Positions 1-12,959 of a DNA stretch of 64,000 nt are shown here, piece after piece. This DNA comes from Podarcis gaigeae. Its lineage: Eukaryota. The stretch is taken from the NCBI GenBank assembly GCA_964106915.2, contig OZ066927.1. One strand, 5' to 3'. The first letter of the stretch is position 1. Every line of letters starts with the position of its first letter. Made by a program: the position numbers and the translations under genes. Under the pieces are notes generated by a model. The model was not told the DNA's origin, did no database searches, and saw only the letters and a list, made by a program, of their open reading frames with translations.

Positions 1-556
1 TTCTGTTTGAGGAGGGGGAAGGCTATGTCTTGGAAGTCAGTCAGTTCCTGGCAAAAACAGGTATGCTCTTCCCATGCAATGCTGGAGATTTATTTAGCTC
101 CTTTGCTTGCAGCATGGCAGCTTAATCTTTTTTTTTTGGGGGGGGGGGTTGTGTCACTGTATGCAAGGGGATAAGTGAGAGCATATTTTGAGCAGCTTTG
201 ACACTTGATGGACAAGCAGGGGCTCCATGTGCCTCTCTTTTCTCCCCCTTTTTCAACTGGCTGGGAGGAAGTGGAGTCCCTCCCAAATTCCTCTACAATT
301 GGCTCCTTTCCCTGCATCATGTGACCTCAACCAGCTATGGCAAGAAATCCAGGGAGATTTCCTTGCATAATGTGCTGGAGGCTCAATCAAGCATTCGCTC
401 TGAAGTGTGTCTGTGTGCACAAGGTCAGAGGGGGCAACACCTCCTTATCTTCAGAATGAGCTCCATTGTTCAGTGGTTGAAGCTGTAGTTTCAGGTTTCA
501 TCCTTGCACCTATTTCTATATGTATTATGGGGTAAGGACAATATCTCAGTTCTCTT

Positions 557-992
557 AGGAATGTAAGATCCTGCTGGATCAGGCCACTGGCCCATCTTGT
601 AAAGCATCCTGTTCTCACAGTTGCCCATCAGAAGATGCCTGTGGGAAAGCAGCAAGCAGAGCATGAGCACAAGAGCCCTCTCCCTTCCTGTGGTTTCCAG
701 CAATTGGTAGTTGGAAGTGTTGCTGCCTCTAGCTGTGGAGGCAGAGCAGAGCCATCATGGCTAGTAGCCATTGACTGCCAACTCCTCCATGAATTTGTCC
801 AATCCTCATTTAAAGCCATCGAAGTTGATGGCCATCACTGCCTTTGGTGGGACAGTGAGAGTGAGTTCTACAGTTTAACTGTGCGCTGCATGGAAGACTT
901 CCTTTTTTCCACTTGGAATCTTCCAACATTCAGCTGCATTGAATGTCCATGAATTGTAGCATTATGAGAAAGGGAGGAATTTTTTCTTCTGT
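557..992 (-). mobile_element. CR1 LINE 3' end
   Basis: Decayed GHSMQLNVGRF...RTVKL ORF2 C-terminus plus a 3' UTR shared with other copies. Confidence 0.8.
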
Positions 993-1658
993 CCACAGGA
1001 ATAGAAAAGGTTGGTGGTAACTGGATGTCTGGGGCAAAGATAACTTGTGGTGGAATTGTTTTTTCTCTTCCAGTCCACTGTCCTTCTTCACATGATGAGA
1101 GCAGGAGAAGGGAGCTTTTCAGAATACCTTGCAATAACTTTATAGAGCCTGCAATGTTGGCAGCCCCCAAAACACAGACACTTAATCAAAGGGATTTATA
1201 TGTTTAGCATGCAGGGGATCATTTGAGTGTTTTAACTGTACTCACCAAGAGTGTATGGCCAGTGAATTGGCAGAGAGAGAGAGTGTGTTCTGAAAAATGT
1301 TGGCAAGGATCTCCTTCCATATGGAAGCTGTGTCTGAGCTTTATTTTTTGCCCCAAGCTTTCCCCATGAAAACCTGCTCTTTAAAGATGAATTGGAGCAA
1401 CCGTCAGTTTGGGTTTTCTGTGGATTGACGTTTGCTCCAAGTGAGCTTTAAAGAATGGGTTTTCATAGGGAAAGCTCTAGAGCAAAAACACACACAAAAG
1501 GGCACCGAGACACGGAGCTCTAAATCATGGACCATGCCTGGAAAGAGCAGAGGAAAGGTAAGAGTGGGTAAATCCCAGGTTAGGGAAGGCTGCCATAGAT
1601 GAAAAAAAAAATCACTTTTGGGGAAGAAGAACAACGTTTTCTACCTAAGCAGCAATCG

Positions 1659-1994
1659 CAGACCCTCTAAGTGTCCCTATTTTCCAGAGACAGTCCTGAA
1701 TTTACAGAAGCTGTCCCAGTTTCAGATTTGATCCCAGAATGTTCCACTTTTCCTTAAGACGTCCCTATTTTCATTGGAGAAATGTTGGGGGGTTTGGAGT
1801 TATGTGACCCCCCCCAAGTCAAGGACATAAGTAACCATACAACCTTAGAAGACATCTGAAGACAGCCCTGTATAGGGAAGTTTTTTAATGCTTAATGTTT
1901 TATTATGTTTTCATATATGCTGAAAGCCATCCAGAGTGGCTGGGGCAACCCAATCAGATGGACGGGATATGTCGGAGAAATGTTGGAGGATACG
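1659..1994 (+). mobile_element. Non-autonomous TIR element (CAGACCCTC termini)
   Basis: Inverted homologue at 3001-3328; imperfect TIRs. Confidence 0.65.
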
Positions 1995-2762
1995 CAATTG
2001 CTTTCTGTTGCTGATTAGCAAGAGATTAGCAAGAGAAAGGAGACCCCTGGGTAGATTGGTTTTCCTGAAAAGGAGTGGAAGTGCTTTGAACAGATGTCAA
2101 TGCTCTTGTGTGGGCCAAGGTCTTGTGTTCAAATGTCTCCTTTCCACCACACTGTGCTGATCAGTGGTTACTTTGCTATCACTGGTTTCCTGCTTGTCTG
2201 GTGTAGAGGCAAGTGTTGTAATCCTGTGCACACTTACCTGAGAGGAAGCTCCTTGGACTACCACTGAGTGGGCATGCACAGAGTTGCACCATTAGTGTGC
2301 GAACTCTGAAATCCCAATTTCAAGACTCACAAATCCACTAGGTGGGCCTGATGCAAGTGGCTCAACTTTCAAACCCTGCCTTAGCTTTGCAATATGGGCT
2401 GCCTTACACGGCTGTTGTTCTGATCATTGAGACGATGTCTGTGAAGTGCCTTGAACTTTTGGAATATGCTATATACCACTAGCAGGGGGCTTGTGGCCCT
2501 CCAGCTGCTGTTGGGCCCTAAATCCCATAATACTTGACCATTGGTCATGCTGGCTGGGGCTGTTGGGAGTTGGAGTCCAGCAACACCCAGAAGGCTGGAG
2601 CTTCCCCATCGTTATTCACACCAAGTCTTCATATGACTTACAGTGCTTCAGCAGCTCTGTGTGTGACTTCTCATCACCAGGTACTGTTGCAGCAGGTTTG
2701 TCATGGTCTTTGGCTAGACCAATAAACTTACACTGATTGCTTGATTAAGCCCCACTCATTCC

Positions 2763-2952
2763 CAGGCATAGGAGCCAGCTCCTAGGAGCTGACGTCCCTT
2801 CGTGCCCCGCCCAATAAAATATTTGAGGGGTCTGCCCCCCCCATTGGTGGAAATTGCCATTCAAATGGTGTGTGCTCACCACATCTTCTCATTGCTTATG
2901 TGGGGTGGGGCTTACCTGCCCCTGCCGTATTTAATTCACATTGGCACCCCTG
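2763..2952 (+). mobile_element. Dispersed MITE-like repeat (second copy at about 27682-27865)
   Basis: Two colinear copies: cataggagcca.ctcctagg ... gcacccctg. Confidence 0.6.
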
Positions 2953-3000
2953 TTCTGCGTGTAGAACAGAACTTTCCAAACTGAGTGTCATGAAACATTA

Positions 3001-3328
3001 CATACCCTCCAACATTTCTACGATGAAAATAGGGACTTTCCATTCCATAATGATAATTTTACTGTTTATACCCCACACATCATACTGGGTTGCCCCAGCT
3101 TCTCTGGGCGGCTTCCAAATTATATAGAAACATAATAAAACATTAAACATTAAAAAAAACACCTTCCCTATACAGGATTGCCTTCAGACAGTTTCAGGGG
3201 TTAACTCCATACTCTCCAATTTTCTCCAATGAAAACAGGGGCATCATAAGGAAAAGTGGGACATTCTGGGATCAAAGCTTCTCTAAATCAGGGACGTGCC
3301 TGGAAAATAGAGACACTTGGAGGGTCTG
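3001..3328 (-). mobile_element. Non-autonomous TIR element, inverted copy of 1659-1994
   Basis: TIRs CATACCCTCCAA / TTGGAGGGTCTG. Confidence 0.7.
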
Positions 3329-4262
3329 CATGTTAGTGTGTCGGCTGCAATGTGCAGGTGTGTCGTGCAAATGCTCCCTGCATTCGTCCTGAGGCTAGAA
3401 AGGGGTTAGTTTAACCTCTGGTTTGCTAGTAAAACTGAAATACTGTGTCGTAAAAAGTGTGCCACCAGCATGAAAAGTTTGGAAAGCTCTGGTGTAGAGG
3501 ATGGCAATTGCTGAGTCACTGAGATGCAGATGACCTTCAAGGCCACCTAGTCCCCAAAAGATAATCCACAGGTTGAGGCTCTGTGGTTCTGTGCACACTT
3601 ACCTGGGAACAAGGCCAGCTAGCACACAGTAGGATTTTATGCAAATTCTGATACAGAACTCCATACACCAATATGGAGCTCCCTGGTGGCCCAGGAAAAG
3701 GGGTTAGATCAAAGGGATGTGTGCTTTGATCTCCATCATCAATTCACTGCTGTCCTGAATGTCTTTGTACTCCTCCAGGAAGGGGGATATCTCAACAGGA
3801 AGGGCCTTTTAGGTGGCAGGAGAGCTTCATGTCTGGAGGGAGCCTTTGTTTTCCCAAAGGACTTCTGGGACGGGGATAGAGAATGAGGTTTTGCACAGAG
3901 GATCCACAATATATCTCCTATCTTTACACTCACACACATGCATGGTGCCTTACTTTTAAAATTGGAAAAGAAACAAATATTTATGTTTGTGTGTATGAAA
4001 ACCACTTTGAATTCTAATTTGGGCACAAGCTCAATTTTTACCCCCAGATGAAGGTCCACCTCATTCTTCTGGCTAGACTTTGCCATATGGTGCCATCTTC
4101 TTTGCATCTCCACCATAAGGATTCTCAAACTGATTATTAAAAATACCAGAAGGATTTTTTAAAAATAACATTCTAATTTTCCTTTTAAAAAATGCATAAG
4201 GTTTTGTATTACTAAAAGAGCAAGCCCTGAAAAAGGGAAAATTCGAACCTATAATGGTTGCA

Positions 4263-4480
4263 GGGCCAGTGTGGTGTAGTGGTTAGAGTGTTGGACTAGG
4301 ACCTGAGAGACCATGGTTCAAATCCCCACTTGGCCATGAAGCTCATTTGGTGACCTTGGGCTACTCTCTCACTCACAGCCTAAGCTACTTTGCAGGGTTG
4401 TTTTGAAGGTAAAATGGGTGAGGAGAAATATGTGTGCCACCTTCAGCTCCTGGGAGGAATGGTGGAAGAAAAATTTAATA
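4263..4480 (+). mobile_element. tRNA-derived CORE-type SINE (Squam3/MIR-like)
   Basis: A box TGGTGTAGTGG, B box GGTTCAAATCC, core TGACCTTGGGC, A-rich tail; related copy at 35323. Confidence 0.75.
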
Positions 4481-4849
4481 GAATTAATTTTAAAAATTAA
4501 AACTAATTAATTTAGCCAACATTTGATCCAGGCAAGCCACCAGAATAAGCTCTCCTTCCTCTTGCGGAGACAGCGTCAATCACTTGGTCAAATTCTGAAA
4601 ATTCTTCCATAACAATTGACTTGCAAAAATTTGTCTTAAATTAAAAAAACAATTCATCATAGGGCACTGTTAAAACTGCCAATGGTTCCAACGATTTGAA
4701 AAGGCCATCTCCATTTTTTTCCTTACAAAAATGAAGAAGTAGAAGCAACATTTACAAGAACATAGACAGAAATTCCATTTTTGGAAGTTTCCTGCCTGGA
4801 TATTTGACAGGCTATTCCCAAATGTGTTGACAGAAACTAATGTGGAAGA

Positions 4850-5396
4850 CAGATAGATTTCAAAAGATAAGCAAGTTTATGAAGCAGACGTCTTCACATC
4901 AACAGGGTTGACTCGGTTCAGTTCTGGCTTAAACAGAAACAAACGAACAGAAAGAATCTTGGGAAACAAGGTCACAGTCATTGCAAAACGCTGTGGCACG
5001 ACGGCTGAGGATATTGACCATGCTTAGCATTCAAATAAGACAAGAAAACACTGGCATTTCAGTTTCATTTGAAAATACAAAGACAGTAGTAAAGTTGATA
5101 TTTCGAGACAATACTCTTTGACATGTTTCAAAACTCTATTGGTAGTTTAGCCAACTAGCTAGAGATTCTAGAAACGCTATTCCTTTTGCAGACCAGTCAA
5201 AGAACAAACCATATATTGCACACACAGAGGAGAAGTGGCCAAAGACAGACGTCCCTCTCTTCTCCAACGAGGGCATGTGGATGTCGGAACGGATGCACCA
5301 TTAACCCCGGAAGACTCGTGTCCATATATACAAGGCAATCTGGAATTCAGGACTGTGATTACAAAAGCAGAGGACCAGAAGGATTTGCCACGTCGC
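4850..5396 (-). other. PRKCB: PRKCB betaI 3' UTR (3' end uncertain)
   Basis: Repeat-free AT-rich sequence after the TAG. Candidate non-canonical poly(A) signals are CATAAA (4876-4881) and ATTAAA (4474-4479) on the minus strand. Confidence 0.55.
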
Positions 5397-5549
5397 CTAA
5401 ACATGAATGACAAACTCAGGGTTAGTGTAGGAGAATCCTGCAAACTCGTTCTGGTCCAAGTTCATGATGAAGAGTTTGTCGGTGGGCGTGAGTTCCACAG
5501 GCTGCCTCGTGAACTCCTTATCGAAGTTGGAAGTGTCGTGTTTGTCTTT
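5397..5549 (-). CDS. PRKCB: PKC-betaI-specific V5 exon, [50 protein letters not shown]
   Basis: Acceptor catccaacag|AAA with branch-point-like TTTAAC about 23 nt upstream; 50 codons then TAG; turn motif LTPTD, hydrophobic motif FAGFSY. Confidence 0.97.
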   Translation of the reverse strand, partial: KDKHDTSNFDKEFTRQPVELTPTDKLFIMNLDQNEFAGFSYTNPEFVIHV

Positions 5550-6996
5550 CTGTTGGATGAAAAGCACAGGGTTAAAAAGGGAGGCCGAGGGAATGGAGTG
5601 GGGGAGCAGGCCAGAGAACTCCCCCCCCAACAAACCAGCCACCAGACCCATCAGGCAGCTCAGAAGAGGAGAGGGAAGGAATAGCCATTCCTATTTCGAA
5701 GGAGATATATCGATGTGCCATCACTGTGGACCTGCAGCAGTCACTGGGAGACAGTGGGCTCTGTGTCTCCGCAGGGATAAATATCCCCTTGTTTTGGACC
5801 AAACTTTCTACTTCCAAAAATGTCAGCAATGGTTACAATCCAAATGTGTGCACACAACAATCTAGGAAGAGCAGATTTCTACTGCTGCTTCTGCAGCCTG
5901 AGTTCTCAAAGCATTTTTAAAGGCAGGGATAGGGAACCTCAGGTCTGGGAGCCAAAGCACTGCCCCCCCAGGTCAATCTGGCCCCCGGGACTCCCCCCAA
6001 ACTATGCTCTTCTTGCTGGCCCTGTTCTACATGCTCCTCGAGTACTTTTGCCAGGCTGGAATTTGTCCAAATTGTGATAATGCCTCTTGCTCATCTGGAG
6101 TCGATGGGGGCCAAAAACATGTGTGTGCCTGGAACGTAGCCTAAGTGTACACAGGTAACGGTCATACCTGTTGCTCCTCCCACTTTTGACTCTGACCACG
6201 CCCACCACTGACATGTGGCCTACAGAAAGCTGCCCACAAGTAAAGGTGGCCTCACTCATTTTAAAGCTTTCTAAGCTGGTGAGGCTTGTGGTCTGATCCC
6301 AGGCATATGCTCATTTACTCAGAATGGTTATTATCTTCAGTGGTAAGCAGGTACGAAGCATGAGCTGGGAGTTCCCAGCTGGACACATCATTACGTGGCC
6401 TCAGGTATACCTTGGTTCCCGCAGCCTCAGTCACCCCTTCTGTAGTTTGGGGGCAATAATCTGCTGGAGTGGATCATTATGAGAGTTACAGAGACAATAT
6501 ATGTGCAGCACTTAGAGGAAGCTAGAAATTTATAGCAATAATTGCATATAAGAGTGCTACTTATTTTCTATTCGTATTAATAATACTATTAATGTAATGC
6601 ATTTTTAATAGGAAAAGGGGGGCTAGGAGTTTCGTGACGAGAACTGCTGCTCAGTTAACTGTCAGACTCACTCCCATCCCCTTGACAGTGTGTGCATTCA
6701 ACCCCTCTCTCCAGCACAGCCTACAAGTTTTATGTTTTATATATCAATTTTCAAACATTCTTGGGAAAGGCCATGCATTAAATTGGACATCTTACATTCC
6801 AGGTAGTGACATATTTATGCAGGGAGTGTATTTGCAGGAGGAAACAGTGAAAAACAGCAACACAGAGAGAAACAATTTTTTCCATCTTGCACTGTATTGA
6901 ATATCCCTAGAACGATGCTACTGCCCTTACAGAGGGGACAAGAAGTTCTCCTGTATGTGGTGATGAAGATGAAAATGATAGCAGCAGCAGTAGTAC

Positions 6997-6997
<1 letters not shown>

Positions 6998-7043
<46 letters not shown>
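6998..7043. repeat. (AAT)15 microsatellite
   Basis: Direct reading. Confidence 0.98.
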
Positions 7044-7789
7044 GCAGCAGTCATAGTAGTTTCTTATCATGCAAACGTTTCATTGAATTTCATTGATTTG
7101 CAATACAGAGTTAGGAAAAGACTTGGTGAAGGAAGCATCCCTGTAAAACACAGTAAACTAGAGCCAGAAAACAAGGCATAAATGCTTCTGTTGCAGCAAG
7201 GGGAGCATTTTGCATGCTGAGGGGAGAGTTATCTTCTTCTGCAGTACCAAGGACGGGGAACCTGTAGTCCTTCGGGCATCGCTGGGATTCCACAGACGTT
7301 GGTCAACATCCAGGGATAATAATCGGAACTGTAGGCCAATGACATCTGGATGTCTACAGATTCCCAGATCTTGCACTACACCTTGTGGACAGAAGTACTC
7401 TTGTGTAACTCCCTTTCATATCAATGGCGCTGGTGCAAAAGGACATCCTAGTTAATGGTGGTCATCGCTTGCTTTGTTATGTATATACATTCTACGAGGA
7501 AGCCAATCCAGGGATTCCCTGCCCAAATTCTATTATGCAATTAATAATGGTGCTGCAGTGAAAGGGGAACCCTAGATGGCTTTCAACCTGGTGCCCACCA
7601 GATCTTTTGGGGAACATGCTTGCTGGTTTCCCACAGGCACTGGTTGGCCACTATGAGAACAGGACTAGATGGGCCACTGGCTGATCCAGCAAGCTCTTCT
7701 GATGTTCTTAGGAAAGTCTCGTGGTCCATATGGCTTCCCTTCAATTAGAGATTGGGTGGAAGACAGGGTAGTGAGTGCATGCATACACA

Positions 7790-8122
7790 CATAGCTCAGT
7801 GGCAGAGCATCTGCCTTGCATGCAGAAGGCCTCAAGTTCAATCCCTGGCAGCTCCAGGTAGGGCTGGGAGGGAACCCTGTCTGAAATCCTGGAGAGCCAC
7901 TGCCTATCTGTGTAGACCAGGCTTCCTCAAACTTGGACCTCCAGATGTTTTGAGACTACAATTCCCATCATCCCTGACCACTGGTCCTGCTAGCTAGGGA
8001 TCATGGGAGTTGTAGGCCAGAAACATCTGGAGGGCTGAGTTTGAGGAAGCCTGGTGTAAACAATACTGAGCTAGATGGACCAGGGGTCTGATTCAGTATA
8101 GAAGAGCTTCCTGTATTCCTAT
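7790..8122 (+). mobile_element. tRNA-derived SINE (Squam2-like), interrupted by a MITE
   Basis: TAGCTCAGTGGCAGAGC A box and GTTCAATCC B box; body resumes at 8054 after the MITE. Confidence 0.8.
7918..8053. mobile_element. hAT-type hairpin MITE, 136 bp
   Basis: TIR CAGGCTTCCTCAAACT; 8-bp TSD gtgtagac / gtgtaaac. Confidence 0.92.
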
Positions 8123-8169
8123 GCAGGAAAACCCTTGAGTGTACATTCTCGGGATCAGAGCTAGTTTTT

Positions 8170-8224
8170 ACAAACAAACAAACAAACAAACAAACAAACA
8201 AACAAACAAACAAACAAACAAACA
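8170..8224. repeat. (AAAC)n microsatellite
   Basis: Direct reading. Confidence 0.98.
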
Positions 8225-9918
8225 TTTGCCAAACAATAATCACTTTCTATAATTTCTCTTGGATTCTATAACCATTAAGGTTGTCAGAATTTGGAAGCAT
8301 GCCCTCCCAGAGAGGCCTCTGCTTGGTGATTGCATCATAGTAGGTCTGTCACCTACCCACACCTAAACTATGGGGGCTGGAGCAGCTGAACCAGCATTCA
8401 CAGCCTCCGGCATTACTCCTGCCTGGCTGCTGATTAAATGCCAACATGGCTGAAGTCATTAGGACCATATGAATGAGCAAGCTTTTGTGGGATGAACTTT
8501 TTCACCAGCCTACTAATGTGTGGTAGAGCATGTAGCAAAATGGCCACCTATTAAGGACCCTGAGATGGGTGAAACATCCAATCACATATTTAATGTAGGT
8601 GTTTTCTGACACACAGCTGAGATGATGACAGACTCTCATGTTGCAAAGGTCTGACTTTTCAATGAGAAGTTATGCAAGCCACAGCTCATCACTTAAGTTT
8701 CTTTTTGCGATGTGGCCCAGGAAGTCGGAAGCTGTGTTCTCACCACCCTTGCCTGTGATTGACATGAGAGCATTCCATGCAAATGGATTGGGAGGGGCCA
8801 TAGCTCAAAGGAAGAACAGCTGCTTCGCCTGCTGAAGGCCCCAGATTCAATCCCTGCCACCCTCAGGTCAAAGAATCTTTGATAAAAACTAAGGTAGCAT
8901 AGCAGGATGATGTTGTAGTCCAAAACATCTGGAGGGCACCAGGTTGGAGAAGCTGGTTGAAAATGACTGGCTTCTCCATGAAATTATTTCAGTCATAAAG
9001 GAGTCTTGTAGCAGGGCTCTGTCCCCTGACCACATAACTTACCCTATGAGCTCCATCCCTTTAGTAGCCAAGAGTAGTTTTCTCTTGCAGCAGAGTCCAC
9101 TTACACCCTCCAAAGCGTCATTCATGCAGTAGGAGTTGAAATACCTTGGAGGACTGTCATCAACCCCAGTAGGCAGGACGTGGTCAGATGGGCCAATGAC
9201 TTGAGTTGATTGACGGCCAAACCCATTTCTTGGTGGTTTCATCACTCTCTGGTTGACCTCAGCTATTTGTCCCAAGCCATCCCCATTACCACTAGCGCTT
9301 AAACAAGGAATTAGCTCATCTCTTTGCACATTCAGTATCTTATAAAGGTTGGATCTGGGCTGAAGCAGGCTATATTTTGATCCCCGGTGAGATTCTAACC
9401 ATTTTAAGGGATCCCCACCTTAGGTATAATAACCCTGTCTGACAGACACTTAAAGAAATAAATAAGTTTCAGGCTGGCTCTATATCTTCCCAGACTCAGA
9501 GTTAACATATACCTTACAGATTTACCAAATGCTTGTTTAAGATAATAAGGGAGACCAAGATAAAAAGAGAAGTTTGTTTCAAAAACGACAGCAGCCATGT
9601 TTAGGTCTTCAGTGGGTTGGTTGCACCAGGGATACTGATGTTACTGAGGGCTATTGCCCAGTAACTTTTTTTTGGCAGCACCATCTGTTTCATGTTTACT
9701 TGGAGCTGCCTTCTGCCAAGTTGAATCAATGGTCCATCTATCACTGTAATGTCTACACTGATTGGCAGCAGTTCCCCAGCGTTTCAGGCAGGGGAGGCTC
9801 CTACCCTACCTAAAGGTGCCAAGGACTGAGCCTGGGGACGTTCTGCAGTGAAAGCAGATGGTCTACCACTAAGGTAAGATTCTAGTCCTCATGATTTTGA
9901 ATAGAAGGCTAATTTAAA

Positions 9919-10107
9919 TAGGAACACTGGAAGCTACCTTATCCTAACCACCGGTCTACCCAGTTCAGTATTGTTTACACTGACTGGCAGTGGCTCTCCA
10001 GGGTTTCAGGAAGGAGACGTTCCCAGCCATACTTAGAGATGCTTCCAGGGATTGAACCTGGGCCCTTCTGCATGCAGAGCAAGTGCTCTGCCACCAATCC
10101 ATGGCCC
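9919..10107 (-). mobile_element. Squam2-like SINE (a second, more decayed copy lies at about 9705-9872)
   Basis: Reverse complement of the 7790 family. Confidence 0.75.
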
Positions 10108-10624
10108 TTACTCAAATGCAATGAGACTGACTCCCAGCCCCAAACTGCAATCCAAGTCAGACCCATTGACTCCTAGGTGAGTGAGTGTAAGATTGCAGCA
10201 ACGGTCAGCTCATTGTATTCCATGGGAAAACCCAAGTAGCCATTTGTTCAGCTTTAAATAGCAGCTTTCATGGGGAAAGCTCTGGAGTGTGTGTGCTCAG
10301 ACATGGAGCTTTAAAGTGAGGACTTGTACCTGGAAAGAGTGGGGCAAAAGGTAAATGCAGATAAGTCCATCACCAGATACATCCCAAGGCTGCTATTTGC
10401 TCACAAGGACATCTGCCTCCAGAGCAAAACCATCAGGCTGCTGATGTCTCATGCAATGACCAGGTGGGACCTGATGGAGCAAACACTTTGGGGGTGCCCC
10501 CCATCAAAAACATCATCAACAGTTTTGAAATACCTAGCAGAGGAAGGCTGCTTCCTTTGCGGAGAACGAGAGAACAAAGGTATGATCTTCCATTCTTTGG
10601 CTTGAGCGAAGTTAGGCCTTATGG

Positions 10625-10760
10625 CAGGCATAGGCAAACTCGGCCCCCCAGATGTTTTGGGATTACAACTCCCATGATCCCTAGCTAACAGGACCAGTGG
10701 TCAGGGATGATGGGAATTGTAGTCTCAAAACATCTGGAGGGCTGAGTTTGCCTATGCCTG
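10625..10760. mobile_element. hAT-type hairpin MITE, 136 bp
   Basis: TIR CAGGCATAGGCAAACT; perfect 8-bp TSD ccttatgg. Confidence 0.95.
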
Positions 10761-12703
10761 CCTTATGGCTTCTTATGCTGGCTGTTCAATAGTTGGGCAG
10801 GAGACAAAGTCACAGCACCTTCCCTTTCTAGTGGGAAGCCCATCCAATTTTTGCATACATTTACAGGGCAGGGAGCATGGAATTCAGTTCAGCAAAGGAG
10901 CAGGCTAATTGGACCACCCAAATCTTTCCACCTCACTCAAGAAGGGTTGACTAGTGACACACCTATTGTGCAAACCTGGTCCACTTGATTGCCAGCCTCA
11001 GAGTTGCTGTACTGGATCAATGTCAATGGTAGGGATGGAGAATGGAGACGAGAGAGTTCACCTGGATCCATCCAAAAGCATGTGAAGTCCAAGTGGCTTA
11101 AATTTCATTGTAAGATGTGAATTCATGGCTCCCAGACCAGGCTGCTCCAGGTATGTAGATGCTACAGATAGCTTGTACCCTGTCCTGATAGGTTACGTTC
11201 TCTCAGAAGGTCCCAATGAACCCAGAAGCTCAAAGGGTCCACCGCTGTGATGAGTTTCCTGGAGGAAGGCTTTTTAAGATTGGGCTTCTCATCCGTACCT
11301 GTTAGGCTCTTCCACCCAGGTTATCTAGTGTATAAAACTGCTTAGATAGACTTTCCCACAAACTGAAATGCAGAACTGAAATTTCAGTCTGCAGAGGGGA
11401 GCACTTTCCTTTCTTTTTCCTTAAAAAAACACAAACTGATCACATCAAACAATTTTATAAAAGCAGTAATAAGGCCTTGTTGAAAGAACACCTTCAAGCT
11501 CACAACATTAAGGACTTCACATGCTAAGTTTAGTAGTTTAGTTCATACTTCCCCAAACTTGTGCCCTCCCAATGTTTTGGACTACAATTCACATTGAAGC
11601 CAGCATCATATGGCCATGCTAGCTGGGGCTGATGGGAGTTGTAGTCCAAAACATCTGGAAGGCACCAGGTTGCGTTGGAAAGCTGGCTGAGACCCTGGAG
11701 TATAATTCTGAGCACCCACACCTGGAAATGTTTTCAAATTTTAACTCTGTAAATTGTTTGCAAACAGATTTGAGACGTGATTCTGCTTGCAATTTTCTTC
11801 TGCAGTAACCCCCATGCCTATCACCATACTGTCATTTAGTCTCGTTTACAAATAAGTTGAGTTTTCCTCCAACCAAGATTTCTGACTCTTTATTTTATAA
11901 TTGTATCTGGGGAAAAAATTGGCACATGAACAACTCAAAGCGAACGGTAAGTGAAGAACCCCTCCCCACCCCCAAAGAGAGAATAAAAGGTGTCCGAGCA
12001 GCATCAGAGTCTTAAAAGAACCCATTTCATTTTCCTTCAAGGTTGCCAGCCCTACTGGCAAAGGAGAATTCCAGTGGCAAGTCTTTGTTACTTTCAGAAG
12101 ATTAGTTGAGACAATAAAATAAAATAAAACACAGCTTCAGTCAAGTTACACAAATACTGTTTGGACTTTTAAATATCAGCTTCATTTTAGTAAAAATACT
12201 CAGGTTTTTGACACACGTAAAGCGCAGTGGAACAGACAGGAGTTTGTCGATTTGGCAACTGGACAGACAGCACCCCACCCCACCCCAAATACTTTTAAGG
12301 AAAGAAACCCACAAAGGTTTGATAGGGTAACGTCGACACCGTGACATGAGTGGTAGATACTAGGGTGACCATTGGTTCCAAAGCATTCACAGGAAATCCT
12401 GCCATCTTGTTCAGCTTTGCTGGACCAGATTGTAGCCAACTGATGGGTTATGAGCAGGGAATTGACTGACACAGCCCTGCCTGCGTGTGATACTGTTCTT
12501 TCTTCCCGGGAGCTCAGGCATCAGTCTGCGTGTGGTTAGAAATTAGCCTGAAACTCTGGGGGCCCACGCTGAGCTTGCAGCCTCTGCTTGGGAAGAAGCC
12601 CCTGGTCAACCTGCTTGCCACCAGCTCAGCATCAACCTGGGCTGAGAAGCAGGATGTTGCTGGACCCTTTGGGCTGAAAACCATGAAAAATGGATAGCGA
12701 GAA

Positions 12704-12705
<2 letters not shown>

Positions 12706-12741
<36 letters not shown>
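12706..12741. repeat. (TC)18 microsatellite
   Basis: Direct reading. Confidence 0.98.
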
Positions 12742-12743
<2 letters not shown>

Positions 12744-12766
12744 GCAACCCAGAGCTTTGCAACTTA

Positions 12767-12959
12767 AGGAAGAGCATATGGGGCTGCCTGGCAAAGAGTC
12801 AGACCCACCGGGACCAGCTAGCTCAGAATTGTCTACACTGATCAGCAGCAGTGGCTCTCTGGGGTTTCAGACAAGAGAATGTTTCCAGCCCTTGCCGCAG
12901 ATGCCATTGGCAACTGACCTTCTGCATGCCAAGCAGATGCTCTACCACTAAGCTACAGC
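12767..12959 (-). mobile_element. Squam2-like SINE
   Basis: Similarity to the other copies in the window. Confidence 0.7.

Noticed and set aside
5235-5684. 149-aa plus-strand ORF over the betaI exon
   Set aside because: Antisense shadow of the real minus-strand exon; the same applies to 15177-15533 and 40372-40746.
6815-7181. Poly-Ile ORFs (and poly-ER, VCLF and MYVC ORFs elsewhere)
   Set aside because: Translations of microsatellites.
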